Shown piece by piece: positions 1 to 9,043 of a DNA stretch of 64,000 nucleotides. The notes below the pieces were generated by a model. It worked only from the letters and a program-made list of their open reading frames with translations. It was not told where the DNA came from and made no database searches. Source of the stretch: Anaerolineae bacterium (GTDB taxonomy: Bacteria; Chloroflexota; Anaerolineae; UBA1429); NCBI GenBank assembly GCA_963675785.1, contig OY776562.1:832001-896000 (forward strand). Direction: 5' to 3'. How positions within the stretch are numbered: the first letter of the stretch is position 1; each line of letters begins with the position of its first letter. The translations under genes and the position numbers were made by a program.

Positions 1-594
1 TGGGTGAAAGAAAAATTGTTGCGTGTTCTGATCGATCCCTAACGAAATCACATCCAGCACGCGTGACTCGGCGATCTCGCGCACGCCGCTCAGCGTGTTC
101 TCGAAAGAAGGCAGCCCAAAGTGGTGTCGCAAGAGGGGATAGGGCCGCTTTTGCGCAATGCGCCCCACGAGGTCTTGCGCGTTGTTCTCGGCATTCGCTT
201 CGCCATAGCGCGAACCGCTGCGCAAAAAAGCGATACAGTCGTCAATGTCTTCCGTCCCGTCAAAGATAGTGTCAAAAAAGTCCGTCTCGCGCACTTGATC
301 TGCCACCGGCCGCGTTCCCCCAAACACCCAGGTGGGGGCATAATCCAATCCTCGGCTCTTTTGCTCTAATTCGCGGATGATGGGGAGCACGTTGCTGGGC
401 GTCAGCCGGTATCCCAGCGCCACCATCACCGGCTTGTGCTCTTGCACACTGGCGATAATGCTATCCACGCTGATCGCCGGCCCCAGGAATATCGTGCTGT
501 AGCCCTCGTCCTCTGCCAGGTTCAAAAAGTGAATCACGCCTGCCACATGGACGCAGTTGCCCATCGAGGCGCCAATGATGAGGCCTTTTTTCAT
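1..594 (-). CDS. Cobalamin (B12)-binding domain protein, 5' part (runs off the window's left edge)
   Basis: Not in ORF track. Manual translation from ATG at 594: MKKGLIIGASMGNCVHVAGVIHFLNLAEDEGYSTIFLGP...VALGY...WVFGGT...RHHFGLP; open to position 1. CxHxxG variant of the DxHxxG B12 motif plus LG and GG Rossmann motifs; AAGGAAG RBS upstream. Confidence 0.85.
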   Translation of the reverse strand, partial: MKKGLIIGASMGNCVHVAGVIHFLNLAEDEGYSTIFLGPAISVDSIIASVQEHKPVMVALGYRLTPSNVLPIIRELEQKSRGLDYAPTWVFGGTRPVADQVRETDFFDTIFDGTEDIDDCIAFLRSGSRYGEANAENNAQDLVGRIAQKRPYPLLRHHFGLPSFENTLSGVREIAESRVLDVISLGIDQNTQQFFFHP

Positions 595-692
595 AAAAGC
601 ACTTCCTTAATCATGTTGGTACGAGGTTGTACTTGTTCCGAGAAGGCGTTACTTTCGATAGAACAATGGGGTGTGGGGCATTGCTGGCTAAC

Positions 693-854
693 AAAAAAAA
701 GCCGCACAAACCAACCAATCCTGCTGCAGCAAAGCACGTACATCTGCCCGGAATCGGAGGGTCATGCGACCATTCGAGATCATAATGACATTTGTTAAGG
801 CACTCTAGTTGCTTGCGCCTGCTCCGTCCGGTGAAAAACATACGAGTATCACCG
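693..854 (-). promoter_or_regulatory. Structured 5' leader with intrinsic terminator upstream of the B12-binding protein gene
   Basis: Minus-strand GCTGCA...TGCGGC stem followed by T8 (693-730), preceded by nested complementary segments (748-831) and a TGnTAGACT extended -10-like element. Confidence 0.5.
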
Positions 855-970
855 AGAGTCTAGCATCATCTGTGTATAATCGTATCACAAGGTGCACCAA
901 CTGGCAAGAGAGATCGGGCAAAAAGGCAAAAGAGTACTGAATATGGCAAGGGATACATCTTTAGGCATAG

Positions 971-1001
971 AAAAAGGGTCGAAGCATTTCGCTCCGACCC
1001 T
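971..1001 (-). terminator. Rho-independent terminator of mrp
   Basis: AGGGTCGGAGC-GAAAT-GCTTCGACCC-TTTTT just after the stop codon. Confidence 0.85.
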
Positions 1002-1007
1002 CTAGTC

Positions 1008-2081
1008 TTACTCTTGCATCGCCGGTTTATCCGGTGGGCACTCGGGCACCAGCTTGAGCAGTTCTCTGGCTACTGGCATGAACTCTTCTGCTGCGTATTC
1101 CTCCAACCGCCCAGCGTCGGCCAGCTCAGCAATTTCGGGGTTGATGGGCAACTGGCCCAGTAGCGGCACGCCCATTTCCTCAGCTACTCGCCCAGCGTTG
1201 CTCGGTCCAAACAGATTGACCTCTCTGCCGCAATCCGGGCACTTGTAGTAACTCATATTCTCAACCAGTCCCAAAATGGGGATGTTGAGCTGGTCGGCCA
1301 TCGAAGAGGCCTTGCGCACCACCATGCCGGCCAAGGCCTGTGGGGTGGTCACCATCACAATGCCGTTCAGCGGCATAGACTGCATCACCGTCAGCGAGGC
1401 GTCCGAAGTTCCCGGCGGCAAATCCACCACCAGATAATCGAGTTCACCCCAGGCTACATCGCCCCAGAACTGCTTGATGGCCCCACTGATCAGCGGCCCG
1501 CGCCAGATCACGGCCTGGTTGGGGTCGGCCAGCAACAGATTGATGGACATCACCTTAATGCCGCCCTCAGTCTGCACCGGCATAATGCCCAATGGGCCGC
1601 CCACTGGGTGCTGAATCTCTTTGAGCAGCATCTTGGGGATACTCGGCCCGGTAATGTCGGCATCCAGCACGCCTACTTTGAACCCTTCGCGGCGCAGGGC
1701 CACGGCCAGCAGGGCCGCCACAGAGCTCTTGCCCACGCCGCCCTTGCCGCTCACCACGGCAATCACGTGCTTGATCTTGTTGTAACGTTCCGCCTGGCCT
1801 TCCTTGGGCTCGCCAAAGATGGCCTTTTTCTCGGCGTCAGTCATCTCACGTAGGTTGATCTCCACGTTCTCCACGCCATCCAGCGCCAGCAGCGCTTCCT
1901 TGGCGTCGTTTTGCATCTCGCCTTTTAACGGGCAAGATATTGTGGTCAGCGCAAACGTAAACGACACCGTATCACCATTCACCACGATGTCGTGTACCAT
2001 GTCCAGTTCGACGATGCTCTTGTGGAGCTCGGGATCCATGACGGCGTTGAGCGCCTGTCTTACACTACTCTCGTCAACCAC
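1008..2081 (-). CDS. mrp: Mrp/NBP35 family Fe-S cluster carrier ATPase (ApbC)
   Basis: N-terminal DUF59-like DPEL..SIVEL domain, deviant Walker A SGKGGVGKS, DADITGPS, WRGP, DLPPGTSD, ENMS..CPDC. Confidence 0.95.
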   Translation of the reverse strand: MVDESSVRQALNAVMDPELHKSIVELDMVHDIVVNGDTVSFTFALTTISCPLKGEMQNDAKEALLALDGVENVEINLREMTDAEKKAIFGEPKEGQAERYNKIKHVIAVVSGKGGVGKSSVAALLAVALRREGFKVGVLDADITGPSIPKMLLKEIQHPVGGPLGIMPVQTEGGIKVMSINLLLADPNQAVIWRGPLISGAIKQFWGDVAWGELDYLVVDLPPGTSDASLTVMQSMPLNGIVMVTTPQALAGMVVRKASSMADQLNIPILGLVENMSYYKCPDCGREVNLFGPSNAGRVAEEMGVPLLGQLPINPEIAELADAGRLEEYAAEEFMPVARELLKLVPECPPDKPAMQE

Positions 2082-2200
2082 GAGCGGCTCCTCTCTTCTT
2101 ATCCCCGTGCCGTCCTCAACAACGGCGCTCCCTATTATACACCCGGCTCAAAACCCGACAATTGTTGCTCTTGACCACCATCTGTTATAACCGCATAATG

Positions 2201-2247
2201 CCGCCGGATGCACTCTATCCGCCGGATGCACTTTATCCGCCGGATGC
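2201..2247. repeat. 18-bp tandem repeat, about 2.6 copies (CCGCCGGATGCACTYTAT)
   Basis: Directly visible at 2201-2218, 2219-2236 and 2237-2247 in the divergent intergenic region. Confidence 0.9.
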
Positions 2248-2310
2248 TTTCTGTTCCATGTCACAACAGGCTGTTTGGCATGGACGCAAGTCTTGAGACA
2301 GGAGACGACG

Positions 2311-3228
2311 ATGGGTGGCGAACTGCGCATTGGCATCATCGGCATGGATACCTCCCACATACCGGCTTTTACCCGGCTGCTTAATGACCCTCACGATCCC
2401 TATCACGTTCCAGGTGGGCGGGTTGTGGCGGCGTTGCCCACCTTTAGCGCCGATCTGCCCAAGAGTTGTTCACGTGTAGAGGGCTTTAAGACCGATGTGG
2501 CCCCTTATGACGTGCGCCTTGTCAATACGATGGCTGAACTGCTCGACCATGTAGACGCCGTACTGCTGGAGAGCGTTGACGGACGTCGCCATCTACCCGA
2601 GGCCCAGCCTGTCATCGAAGCGGGTTTGCCGCTTTTTATCGATAAACCCCTGGCACATAACTATGCTGATGCTTGTGAGATTGCTCGCTTGGCTGAGCAA
2701 CACAATGTGCGCATCATGTCTTCCTCGTCCCTGCGCTTTGCTGCCGGTATTGCCGACGTCGTAGCCGCGGCTGTCTATGGTCAACCGCTGGCCTGTGATG
2801 CCTATTCCCCCGCTGAATTGGAGCCCACCAACCCCGGCTTGTTCTGGTATGGCGTGCATGCCTGTGAGATTCTCTACACCGTCATGGGCTCTGGCTGTCG
2901 CTCAGTGCATTGCCAGCAGACGCCCCAGTACACCCTGGTGACGGCAGATTGGGGAGATGATCGCCTTTGCACTTTGCGCGGCTCGCGTTGCGGCACCCAT
3001 TCTTATGGCGCCACCATTCATGGCACCGAGGGCGTGGCCCATGTGCAGCCTGCGAGCGAACCGCCCATGTACGCCCAGCTTCTCAAAAAGGTTATCCCCT
3101 TTCTCGCTGGCGCCCCTTCACCTGTGCCAATGAGCGAAACACTAGAGATGATGGCTTTTATGCAGGCTGCCTTGCTCTCTTTAAATGAGCAGCGGCCTGT
3201 CGAATTGACTGAAATCAAGGAGCAGTAA
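2311..3228 (+). CDS. Gfo/Idh/MocA family oxidoreductase
   Basis: IGIIGMDTSH Rossmann start, FIDKPLA, SSSLRF, WYGVH; start moved to ATG 2311 behind AGGAG. Confidence 0.9.
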   Translation: MGGELRIGIIGMDTSHIPAFTRLLNDPHDPYHVPGGRVVAALPTFSADLPKSCSRVEGFKTDVAPYDVRLVNTMAELLDHVDAVLLESVDGRRHLPEAQPVIEAGLPLFIDKPLAHNYADACEIARLAEQHNVRIMSSSSLRFAAGIADVVAAAVYGQPLACDAYSPAELEPTNPGLFWYGVHACEILYTVMGSGCRSVHCQQTPQYTLVTADWGDDRLCTLRGSRCGTHSYGATIHGTEGVAHVQPASEPPMYAQLLKKVIPFLAGAPSPVPMSETLEMMAFMQAALLSLNEQRPVELTEIKEQ

Positions 3229-3230
3229 GC

Positions 3231-5615
3231 ATGACTCAATGTATACGCATCACCATCGACCGCGATATCTTTCCAGAATCTATCGATCATGCCAACTACA
3301 GCGCTCATCGTGAAACCGCTCAGTGGATTTGGGCGCCCAAGCCTCATTTGGATGAGCCTTCGGTGGTCTTTTTCCGTTGCGTGTTCACAGTTGCGGATGC
3401 CCAAAGCCTGATCTTCCATGTCAGCGCCGATAACCGCTTTGAGCTTTTCCTCGATGGCCAGCGCATTGGCCGCGGTCCCAGCCGTGGAGATCGTTTCCAT
3501 TGGTGTTTTGAGACCTATGAGGCCTCTCTTGAAGCGGGGGATCATGTGCTCGCTGCCCGCGCTTGGTACTTGCCCGACCAGGGTTCGCCCATGGCCCAGT
3601 TTTTGGTGCGTCCCGGTTTTGTGGTGTTGGCTGAAGGGCCACTTCACGAGAGTCTTACCACAGGCCACGGCCCTTGGCGCTGCCTGCCCACCTCGGCCTA
3701 CACCGATAATGGTGCCGTACCTGGGGAGTGCTACTTTACAGGCTGGTCCTTTATTCTCGATGGTAACCAGTATCCCTGGAATTGGAAAGAGGGTCAGGGC
3801 GATTGGCTGGAGCCAGTTGTTACTGAACGTGCCACCGGTCTGGAGCGCAGCCCATATTCTGGTGAGGAGGCTGCTAGCCGATGGGGCCTGCATCATCTCA
3901 TTGCGGATACCCTTCCCCCCATGATGGAAGTAGAACGGCGTGTGGGGTGTGTACGTTTTGCTTCTACTACTGTCGATGTGAACATGCCCGTGGTTGAGGC
4001 CCAGCACGATCCTACATTGGCTGCTGGTTTGCAGGCCATGTTGGATGGCCAGGCTCCCTTTGTCGTGCCGGCACATACGGCCTATCGCGCGATTATAGAT
4101 CTTGACGAGTACTATTGCGCCTTCCCCGAATTGCACGTATCTGGCGGGCAGGGCGGTGTGCTGGACTTGGCCTGGGCCGAGAGCCTTTTCGAGGATGCAG
4201 CGCCCCATTCTTGGGTCAAAGGTGATCGCTCCGCCATCTGGAACAAGTGGTTCAGGGGTCACAACCCCGATCGCTTTGTGCTAGAGGGTGGCAACCGTAT
4301 GTACGATACGCTCTGGTGGCGCGACGGGCGTTATCTTCAGCTCGTGGTCTGTGCCAGCGATGAGCCTTTGACCATCGATGCGCTGTTGCTGCGCGAGACG
4401 CGTTATCCGCTAGAGCGAGAATCCACCTTTGTCGCGGATGACGCTCGTTTGGCCCTCATCGAGCCCATCATGTTGCGCGCCCTGCAGATGTGTTCTCACG
4501 AGACGTTCATGGATTGCCCCTATTATGAGCAGCTCATGTACGTCGGTGATACCCGCCTTGAAGTGTTGACGACCTACGTCACCACGTTTGATACGCGCCT
4601 TCCCAAGAGAGCTATTCAGCTCTTTGACTGGTCTCGCGCTGTGGATGGCCTGACCAAGAGCCGCTACCCCTCGCAAGTCTTGCAGGTCATCCCGCCTTTT
4701 TCACTTTGGTGGGTAGCCATGGTTCACGATTATTTCATGTGGCGCGATGCCGATGTCTCGACCTCTCTGCCTGCTATCAATACCATCCTGGGGGCTTTTG
4801 AGGGGTATCTGAACGATGCTGGCCTGGTCGATGATCCCAAAGGCTGGAACTTTTGTGACTGGGTGCCCGCTTGGGCTGGCGGCGTGCCGCCCAACGGCCA
4901 CGGCGGTGTCTCTTGCTTGCTAAACCTGCAATTCTTGTACTCACTTGATCGCGGCGCCGAGATGCTGGCCTATAACGGCAAAACCCATCAGGCTGCTCAT
5001 TGGTCAGCCGTTGCCGATGCACTGCGCCCAGCCATTCTTTCTGCCTTTTGGGATGAGGAACGCGGTATGTTGGCCGATGACCTCGGCAAGACGCTCTATT
5101 CTGAGCATTGCCAGGTGTTGGCTATCCTTTGCGATTTGATAGAGGGCAAGCAAAAAGAGCGCTTGATCAATGGGTTGCTCCATGCCCCCGATTTGGCACG
5201 TTGTACCATCTATTTCTCGCATTATTTGTTCGAGGCTTGCGCCAAAATCGACAGTATGGATGCCCTTTGGGATAGACTGGGCACCTGGTTCGAGCTGCAC
5301 GAGCTGGGCTTTAAAACCACGCGCGAGATGCCCGAACCCTCTCGTTCGGATTGCCACGCCTGGGGCGCTTATCCCCTTTATCACTATTACGCTACCATGG
5401 CAGGTATTCGTCCTGCTGCACCAGGCTTTTCGGCGGTCAACGTCGAGCCTCATTTCGGACCGCTTGCGCATATTCAGGGCACATTGCCTCACCCATCTGG
5501 CGAATTCATCACTTTTGACCTTAACGCCAATGCTGACGCCAGTGATCAGCGCATCAGCCTTCCTCGGGGTGTTACGGGTTCTTTGCTTTGGCAAGGCAAG
5601 CACATCGACCTCTGA
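3231..5615 (+). CDS. Alpha-L-rhamnosidase (GH78 family)
   Basis: HVSADNRF N-terminal domain, DCPYYEQLMYVGD catalytic region, FCDW, RSDCHAW, GIRP..PGF. No signal peptide evident. Confidence 0.9.
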   Translation: MTQCIRITIDRDIFPESIDHANYSAHRETAQWIWAPKPHLDEPSVVFFRCVFTVADAQSLIFHVSADNRFELFLDGQRIGRGPSRGDRFHWCFETYEASLEAGDHVLAARAWYLPDQGSPMAQFLVRPGFVVLAEGPLHESLTTGHGPWRCLPTSAYTDNGAVPGECYFTGWSFILDGNQYPWNWKEGQGDWLEPVVTERATGLERSPYSGEEAASRWGLHHLIADTLPPMMEVERRVGCVRFASTTVDVNMPVVEAQHDPTLAAGLQAMLDGQAPFVVPAHTAYRAIIDLDEYYCAFPELHVSGGQGGVLDLAWAESLFEDAAPHSWVKGDRSAIWNKWFRGHNPDRFVLEGGNRMYDTLWWRDGRYLQLVVCASDEPLTIDALLLRETRYPLERESTFVADDARLALIEPIMLRALQMCSHETFMDCPYYEQLMYVGDTRLEVLTTYVTTFDTRLPKRAIQLFDWSRAVDGLTKSRYPSQVLQVIPPFSLWWVAMVHDYFMWRDADVSTSLPAINTILGAFEGYLNDAGLVDDPKGWNFCDWVPAWAGGVPPNGHGGVSCLLNLQFLYSLDRGAEMLAYNGKTHQAAHWSAVADALRPAILSAFWDEERGMLADDLGKTLYSEHCQVLAILCDLIEGKQKERLINGLLHAPDLARCTIYFSHYLFEACAKIDSMDALWDRLGTWFELHELGFKTTREMPEPSRSDCHAWGAYPLYHYYATMAGIRPAAPGFSAVNVEPHFGPLAHIQGTLPHPSGEFITFDLNANADASDQRISLPRGVTGSLLWQGKHIDL

Positions 5616-5644
5616 ACGTACGATTACAAGAACTAAAAGTACTA

Positions 5645-5684
5645 CAAGAACTGGGGGCGGTCTGGAACTCGCCCCCAGTTCTTG
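5645..5684 (+). terminator. Hairpin, probable terminator after the GH78 gene
   Basis: Perfect 15-bp inverted repeat CAAGAACTGGGGGCG / CGCCCCCAGTTCTTG. Confidence 0.7.
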
Positions 5685-5710
5685 ATAATGATACTCCAAT
5701 CTGGTATAAT
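5682..5710 (+). promoter_or_regulatory. Sigma70-type promoter
   Basis: TTGATA-N17-TATAAT with TG extension; points into a leader of about 420 nt before carD. Confidence 0.7.
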
Positions 5711-5828
5711 AATAATGTAAAATGGTTGAGCTGTGGGGCATACGCACCATGGTCGAGACTGTGATAATAATTTCCGACATTGTTTTCCCCTGCTCACGAT
5801 TCTTGCCACGGGCGGTCTTTCACTCAGA

Positions 5829-6048
5829 TTTCTTGCGGGTCGTTCTCGTTTTGTTCTCCTCGTGATTGTGTATGCGGCAGACTGGCCTCCGAAAGGAGCA
5901 CTCCGCGCAGCAATCTATCGCCGCAACAATGAATCAGTCGTCTGCATGGCAGATACTTGGAAGAGCGCAGGAGGATGTAATCCTCAGGATTACATCCTCT
6001 CAATAACACGCAGGAGCACAAGCTAGTCCATCCGAGCTGCGCAAGAAA
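5829..6048 (+). ncRNA. Candidate structured RNA or long 5' UTR upstream of carD
   Basis: Terminal pairing TTTCTTGCG (5829-5837) / CGCAAGAAA (6040-6048), CTCCT-CGTG / CACG-C-AGGAG, a CTCC-GAAA-GGAG GNRA hairpin and a perfect 14-bp inverted repeat at 5971-5999. Family not recognised. Confidence 0.45.
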
Positions 6049-6135
6049 AACGTAATACAAAAACTGGCTAAAAGCCGCAAAATCACGCACAAGTTTAGCT
6101 AGTCCCTTTGATTCGCGCTTATGGAAGGAGCGAAA

Positions 6136-6639
6136 ATGACGGCAGAGTTTGCAGTGGGTGCCAAAGTAGTTCATCCTCATCATGGTGCTGGGACTGTGAT
6201 CTGTATCTCGCAAAAGGGACTGGGAGAAAGGCGCCGAACCTACTATGTCATCGAAACCCTGGTGCCCGAGATGACTCTCATGGTTCCCGTGGGGCGTGCC
6301 GACGATTGTGGATTGCGCCTTGCAGAATCGACCGGCATGCTTTTGGACATGTTAACTACTTGTGCAGACAGTGACGTAAAATTGCAGCACGATTTTCGCA
6401 AGCGCCGTGATGCAATCGGCATCCAAATTTGTTCCGGAGAGTTTGAAACTGTGGCTGAGGCCGTTCACCATCTTCGTTGCCTGCGTGAGGAACGTCGGCT
6501 CTCGGAGACGGATCGCCGCATGTTGGATCGTGGTACGGATCTTCTTGTTTCCGAATTTGCTATTTCGTCGGGGATAGGGATTTCAGCTGCTGAAAAACGT
6601 GTTGATGATGTGTTGAGTGGTGGGGCTGTTGCCGCCTAA
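6136..6639 (+). CDS. carD: CarD family transcriptional regulator
   Basis: F.VG.KVVHPHHGAGTV, YYVI, MVPV....CGLR, LS..DRRML; start at ATG 6136 after AAGGAG. Confidence 0.9.
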   Translation: MTAEFAVGAKVVHPHHGAGTVICISQKGLGERRRTYYVIETLVPEMTLMVPVGRADDCGLRLAESTGMLLDMLTTCADSDVKLQHDFRKRRDAIGIQICSGEFETVAEAVHHLRCLREERRLSETDRRMLDRGTDLLVSEFAISSGIGISAAEKRVDDVLSGGAVAA

Positions 6640-6742
6640 TATGATCTTGATAAATTTGCGCTCGATGCTGAAATAGCTATACTATAGAAGGTTTGTCTCG
6701 GAGGCTAGAGTATCGAGCGCAAGCGGTAGAATTGTTTCCACT

Positions 6743-6797
6743 AAAGGGCAGCTCCCAGTGCAAGGATTGCCAGGCGCCAGTGGGGATGTCCTTTTTT
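6743..6797 (+). promoter_or_regulatory. Terminator-like hairpin in the fusA leader (putative attenuator)
   Basis: AAGGGCA..TCCCA / TGGGG..TGTCCTT stem plus T-run, lying between a TTGCGC-N16-TATACT promoter-like element (6656-6683) and the fusA start. Could instead terminate carD. Confidence 0.5.
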
Positions 6798-6852
6798 GTT
6801 GTGTCTCGAACATAGTGTCCGGGATCAGGTATAAAAGGTTTCAGGTGTAAAC

Positions 6853-8925
6853 ATGAGCACATTCGACCTATCTAAAATTCGCAATATCGGAATCATTGCC
6901 CACATTGATGCGGGTAAAACCACAACAACTGAGCGGATTCTATTCCATACAGGTCTTACACATCGCTTGGGGAATGTCGATGACGGCAATACGACGACTG
7001 ACTTTATGGACCAGGAGCGTGAGCGCGGCATTACCATTCAGTCTGCGGCGATAACCTGCACCTGGGACGGACATCAGATCAACATTATTGATACCCCAGG
7101 CCATATCGACTTTACTGCTGAGGTTCAGCGTGCGCTTCGTGTGCTGGATGGCGGTGTAGTCGCTTTTGACGGTGTTTCTGGCGTCGAACCTCAATCCGAG
7201 ACGGTGTGGCATCAGGCGGATCGTTATAACGTTCCCCGCATGTGCTTTGTAAACAAAATGGACCGCATAGGCGCCGATATGGACAAGACGGTCAAGATGA
7301 TCAAGGATCGCCTGGGCGCGCATCCCGTCGTTCTACAGATGCCTATTGGCACCGAGAATGACCTGAATGGCGTGGTCGATTTTATTGATATGGTGGCCTA
7401 TTATTATGATCCCGAGGATCCCTCGGTGGAAAAAAAGGCCGAGATTCCTGCCAATCTGCTCGATGAGGCGCATGCCCGCCGAGACAAGATGCTCGAAGCC
7501 ATTGCCGACGTGGATGATGAAATCGCCATGGCATACCTCGATGGCGAAGAGATTGACCGTGACACCATTATCTCCGCATTGCGGGCAGTTACCATCGCCA
7601 ACAAGGCCGTTCCTGTGTTGTGCGGCACGGCGCTACGCAATGTGGGCATTCAACCTTTGCTTCGTGCTGTGGTCGATTTGCTGCCTTCACCGTTGGACTT
7701 GGAACCCATGAAGGGTGAATCCGTACTGACGGGTGAAGAGGTCGAGTGTTTGCCAGATGTGAACGAGCCTTTTGCCGGCCTCGTCTTTAAAATCATGAGC
7801 GATCCCTTTGTGGGCAAGCTCGCCTTTGTGCGCGTCTATTCCGGCGTGCTGCGTCGCGGTGAAACCATCGTTGATGCGAACACGGGCAAAAAGGAACGCA
7901 TTGGGCGCTTGGTGCGCATGCACGCCGATCACCGTGAAGAGGTTGAAGAGATTTTTGCCGGCGATATCGGTGCTGTTCTTGGCCTCAAGAACGCCGTAAC
8001 TGGTCATAGCATCACTGATGAATCGTTGCCCGTAGTGATGGAGAACATCACCTTCCCCAATCCGGTCATCGAGGTTTCGATTGCTCCGCGCAAGCGTGAG
8101 GATCAGGACAGGCTTGGTATCGCTTTGCAGCGCCTTTCTGAGGAAGACCCCACTTTGCAGGTACATACGGATGAGCGTACCGATGAGACGGTCATTGCTG
8201 GCATGGGTGAACTTCACCTGGATGTGGTTGTTGACCGCATCCGCCGCGAATTCAAAGTAGAAGTCGACTGCGGCGCTCCCAAGGTAGCTTATTTCGAGAC
8301 GATCACTCGCGCTGTAAGTGTTGAAGGGCGTTTGGTCAAGCAGACCGGCGGCCACGGACAATTTGCAGTGGTTCAAATTGAGTTTGAGCCTGGAGAACCG
8401 GGAACAGGTCTCGTGTATGAGAGCAAGATCTTTGGTGGCGCGATTCCCAAGGAATATATCCCCGCGGTCGAAAAGGGCCTGCGTAGTGCGCTGGCTGAAG
8501 GTCCCCTGGCTGGCCAGCCTATTACTGACATCAAAGCGACTCTTGTTGATGGCAAGTTCCACGAAGTGGACTCGTCAGAGCGGGCCTTTGAGGGTGCTGG
8601 CGCTATCGCCTTGCGTAATGCCATGGGGCGCGGTGCAGCCGTGCTGCTAGAGCCCATTATGTCTGTTGATGTCGTGGCTCCTGCTGACTTTACCGGTGAT
8701 GTCATTGGTGAACTCAGTGGGCGAGCCGGTACCATATCGGGCATCGAACCGCGGAGCACGGGCGTACAGACCGTTCGAGCCGAAGTGCCTTTGGCGCGTA
8801 TGTTTGGCTTTGCTACCAGCCTTCGTTCTGCAACGCAAGGGCGCGGCACATTTACCATGGAGTTCACTCGCTACCAGCAGGTCAGTGAGGAAACTCGCAA
8901 GGAAATGGCCAAGAACGTCGCCTGA
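6853..8925 (+). CDS. fusA: Elongation factor G (stand-alone copy, outside the str operon)
   Basis: [58 protein letters not shown]; 690 aa. Confidence 0.95.
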   Translation: MSTFDLSKIRNIGIIAHIDAGKTTTTERILFHTGLTHRLGNVDDGNTTTDFMDQERERGITIQSAAITCTWDGHQINIIDTPGHIDFTAEVQRALRVLDGGVVAFDGVSGVEPQSETVWHQADRYNVPRMCFVNKMDRIGADMDKTVKMIKDRLGAHPVVLQMPIGTENDLNGVVDFIDMVAYYYDPEDPSVEKKAEIPANLLDEAHARRDKMLEAIADVDDEIAMAYLDGEEIDRDTIISALRAVTIANKAVPVLCGTALRNVGIQPLLRAVVDLLPSPLDLEPMKGESVLTGEEVECLPDVNEPFAGLVFKIMSDPFVGKLAFVRVYSGVLRRGETIVDANTGKKERIGRLVRMHADHREEVEEIFAGDIGAVLGLKNAVTGHSITDESLPVVMENITFPNPVIEVSIAPRKREDQDRLGIALQRLSEEDPTLQVHTDERTDETVIAGMGELHLDVVVDRIRREFKVEVDCGAPKVAYFETITRAVSVEGRLVKQTGGHGQFAVVQIEFEPGEPGTGLVYESKIFGGAIPKEYIPAVEKGLRSALAEGPLAGQPITDIKATLVDGKFHEVDSSERAFEGAGAIALRNAMGRGAAVLLEPIMSVDVVAPADFTGDVIGELSGRAGTISGIEPRSTGVQTVRAEVPLARMFGFATSLRSATQGRGTFTMEFTRYQQVSEETRKEMAKNVA

Positions 8926-8948
8926 TTCAATTTTGCCAATATCCTCTT

Positions 8949-8981
8949 CGGGACAGACAAAGATGTCTGTCCCGTTTTTTT
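8949..8981 (+). terminator. Rho-independent terminator of fusA
   Basis: CGGGACAGACA-AAGA-TGTCTGTCCCG followed by T7. Confidence 0.9.
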
Positions 8982-9043
8982 ATCCCATTGACCCCAATGG
9001 CAGGGGCATCTAGAATCATGGGAGAAAGATACAGGAGGGTGGT

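Noticed and set aside
63-841. Short ORFs listed at the left edge
   Set aside because: They overlap the truncated minus-strand B12-binding gene or its leader and lack an RBS or motifs.
5829-6048. Assignment as 6S RNA or a c-di-GMP/c-di-AMP riboswitch
   Set aside because: Branched rather than rod-with-bubble, and the diagnostic consensus motifs are not visible; kept as an unknown candidate.
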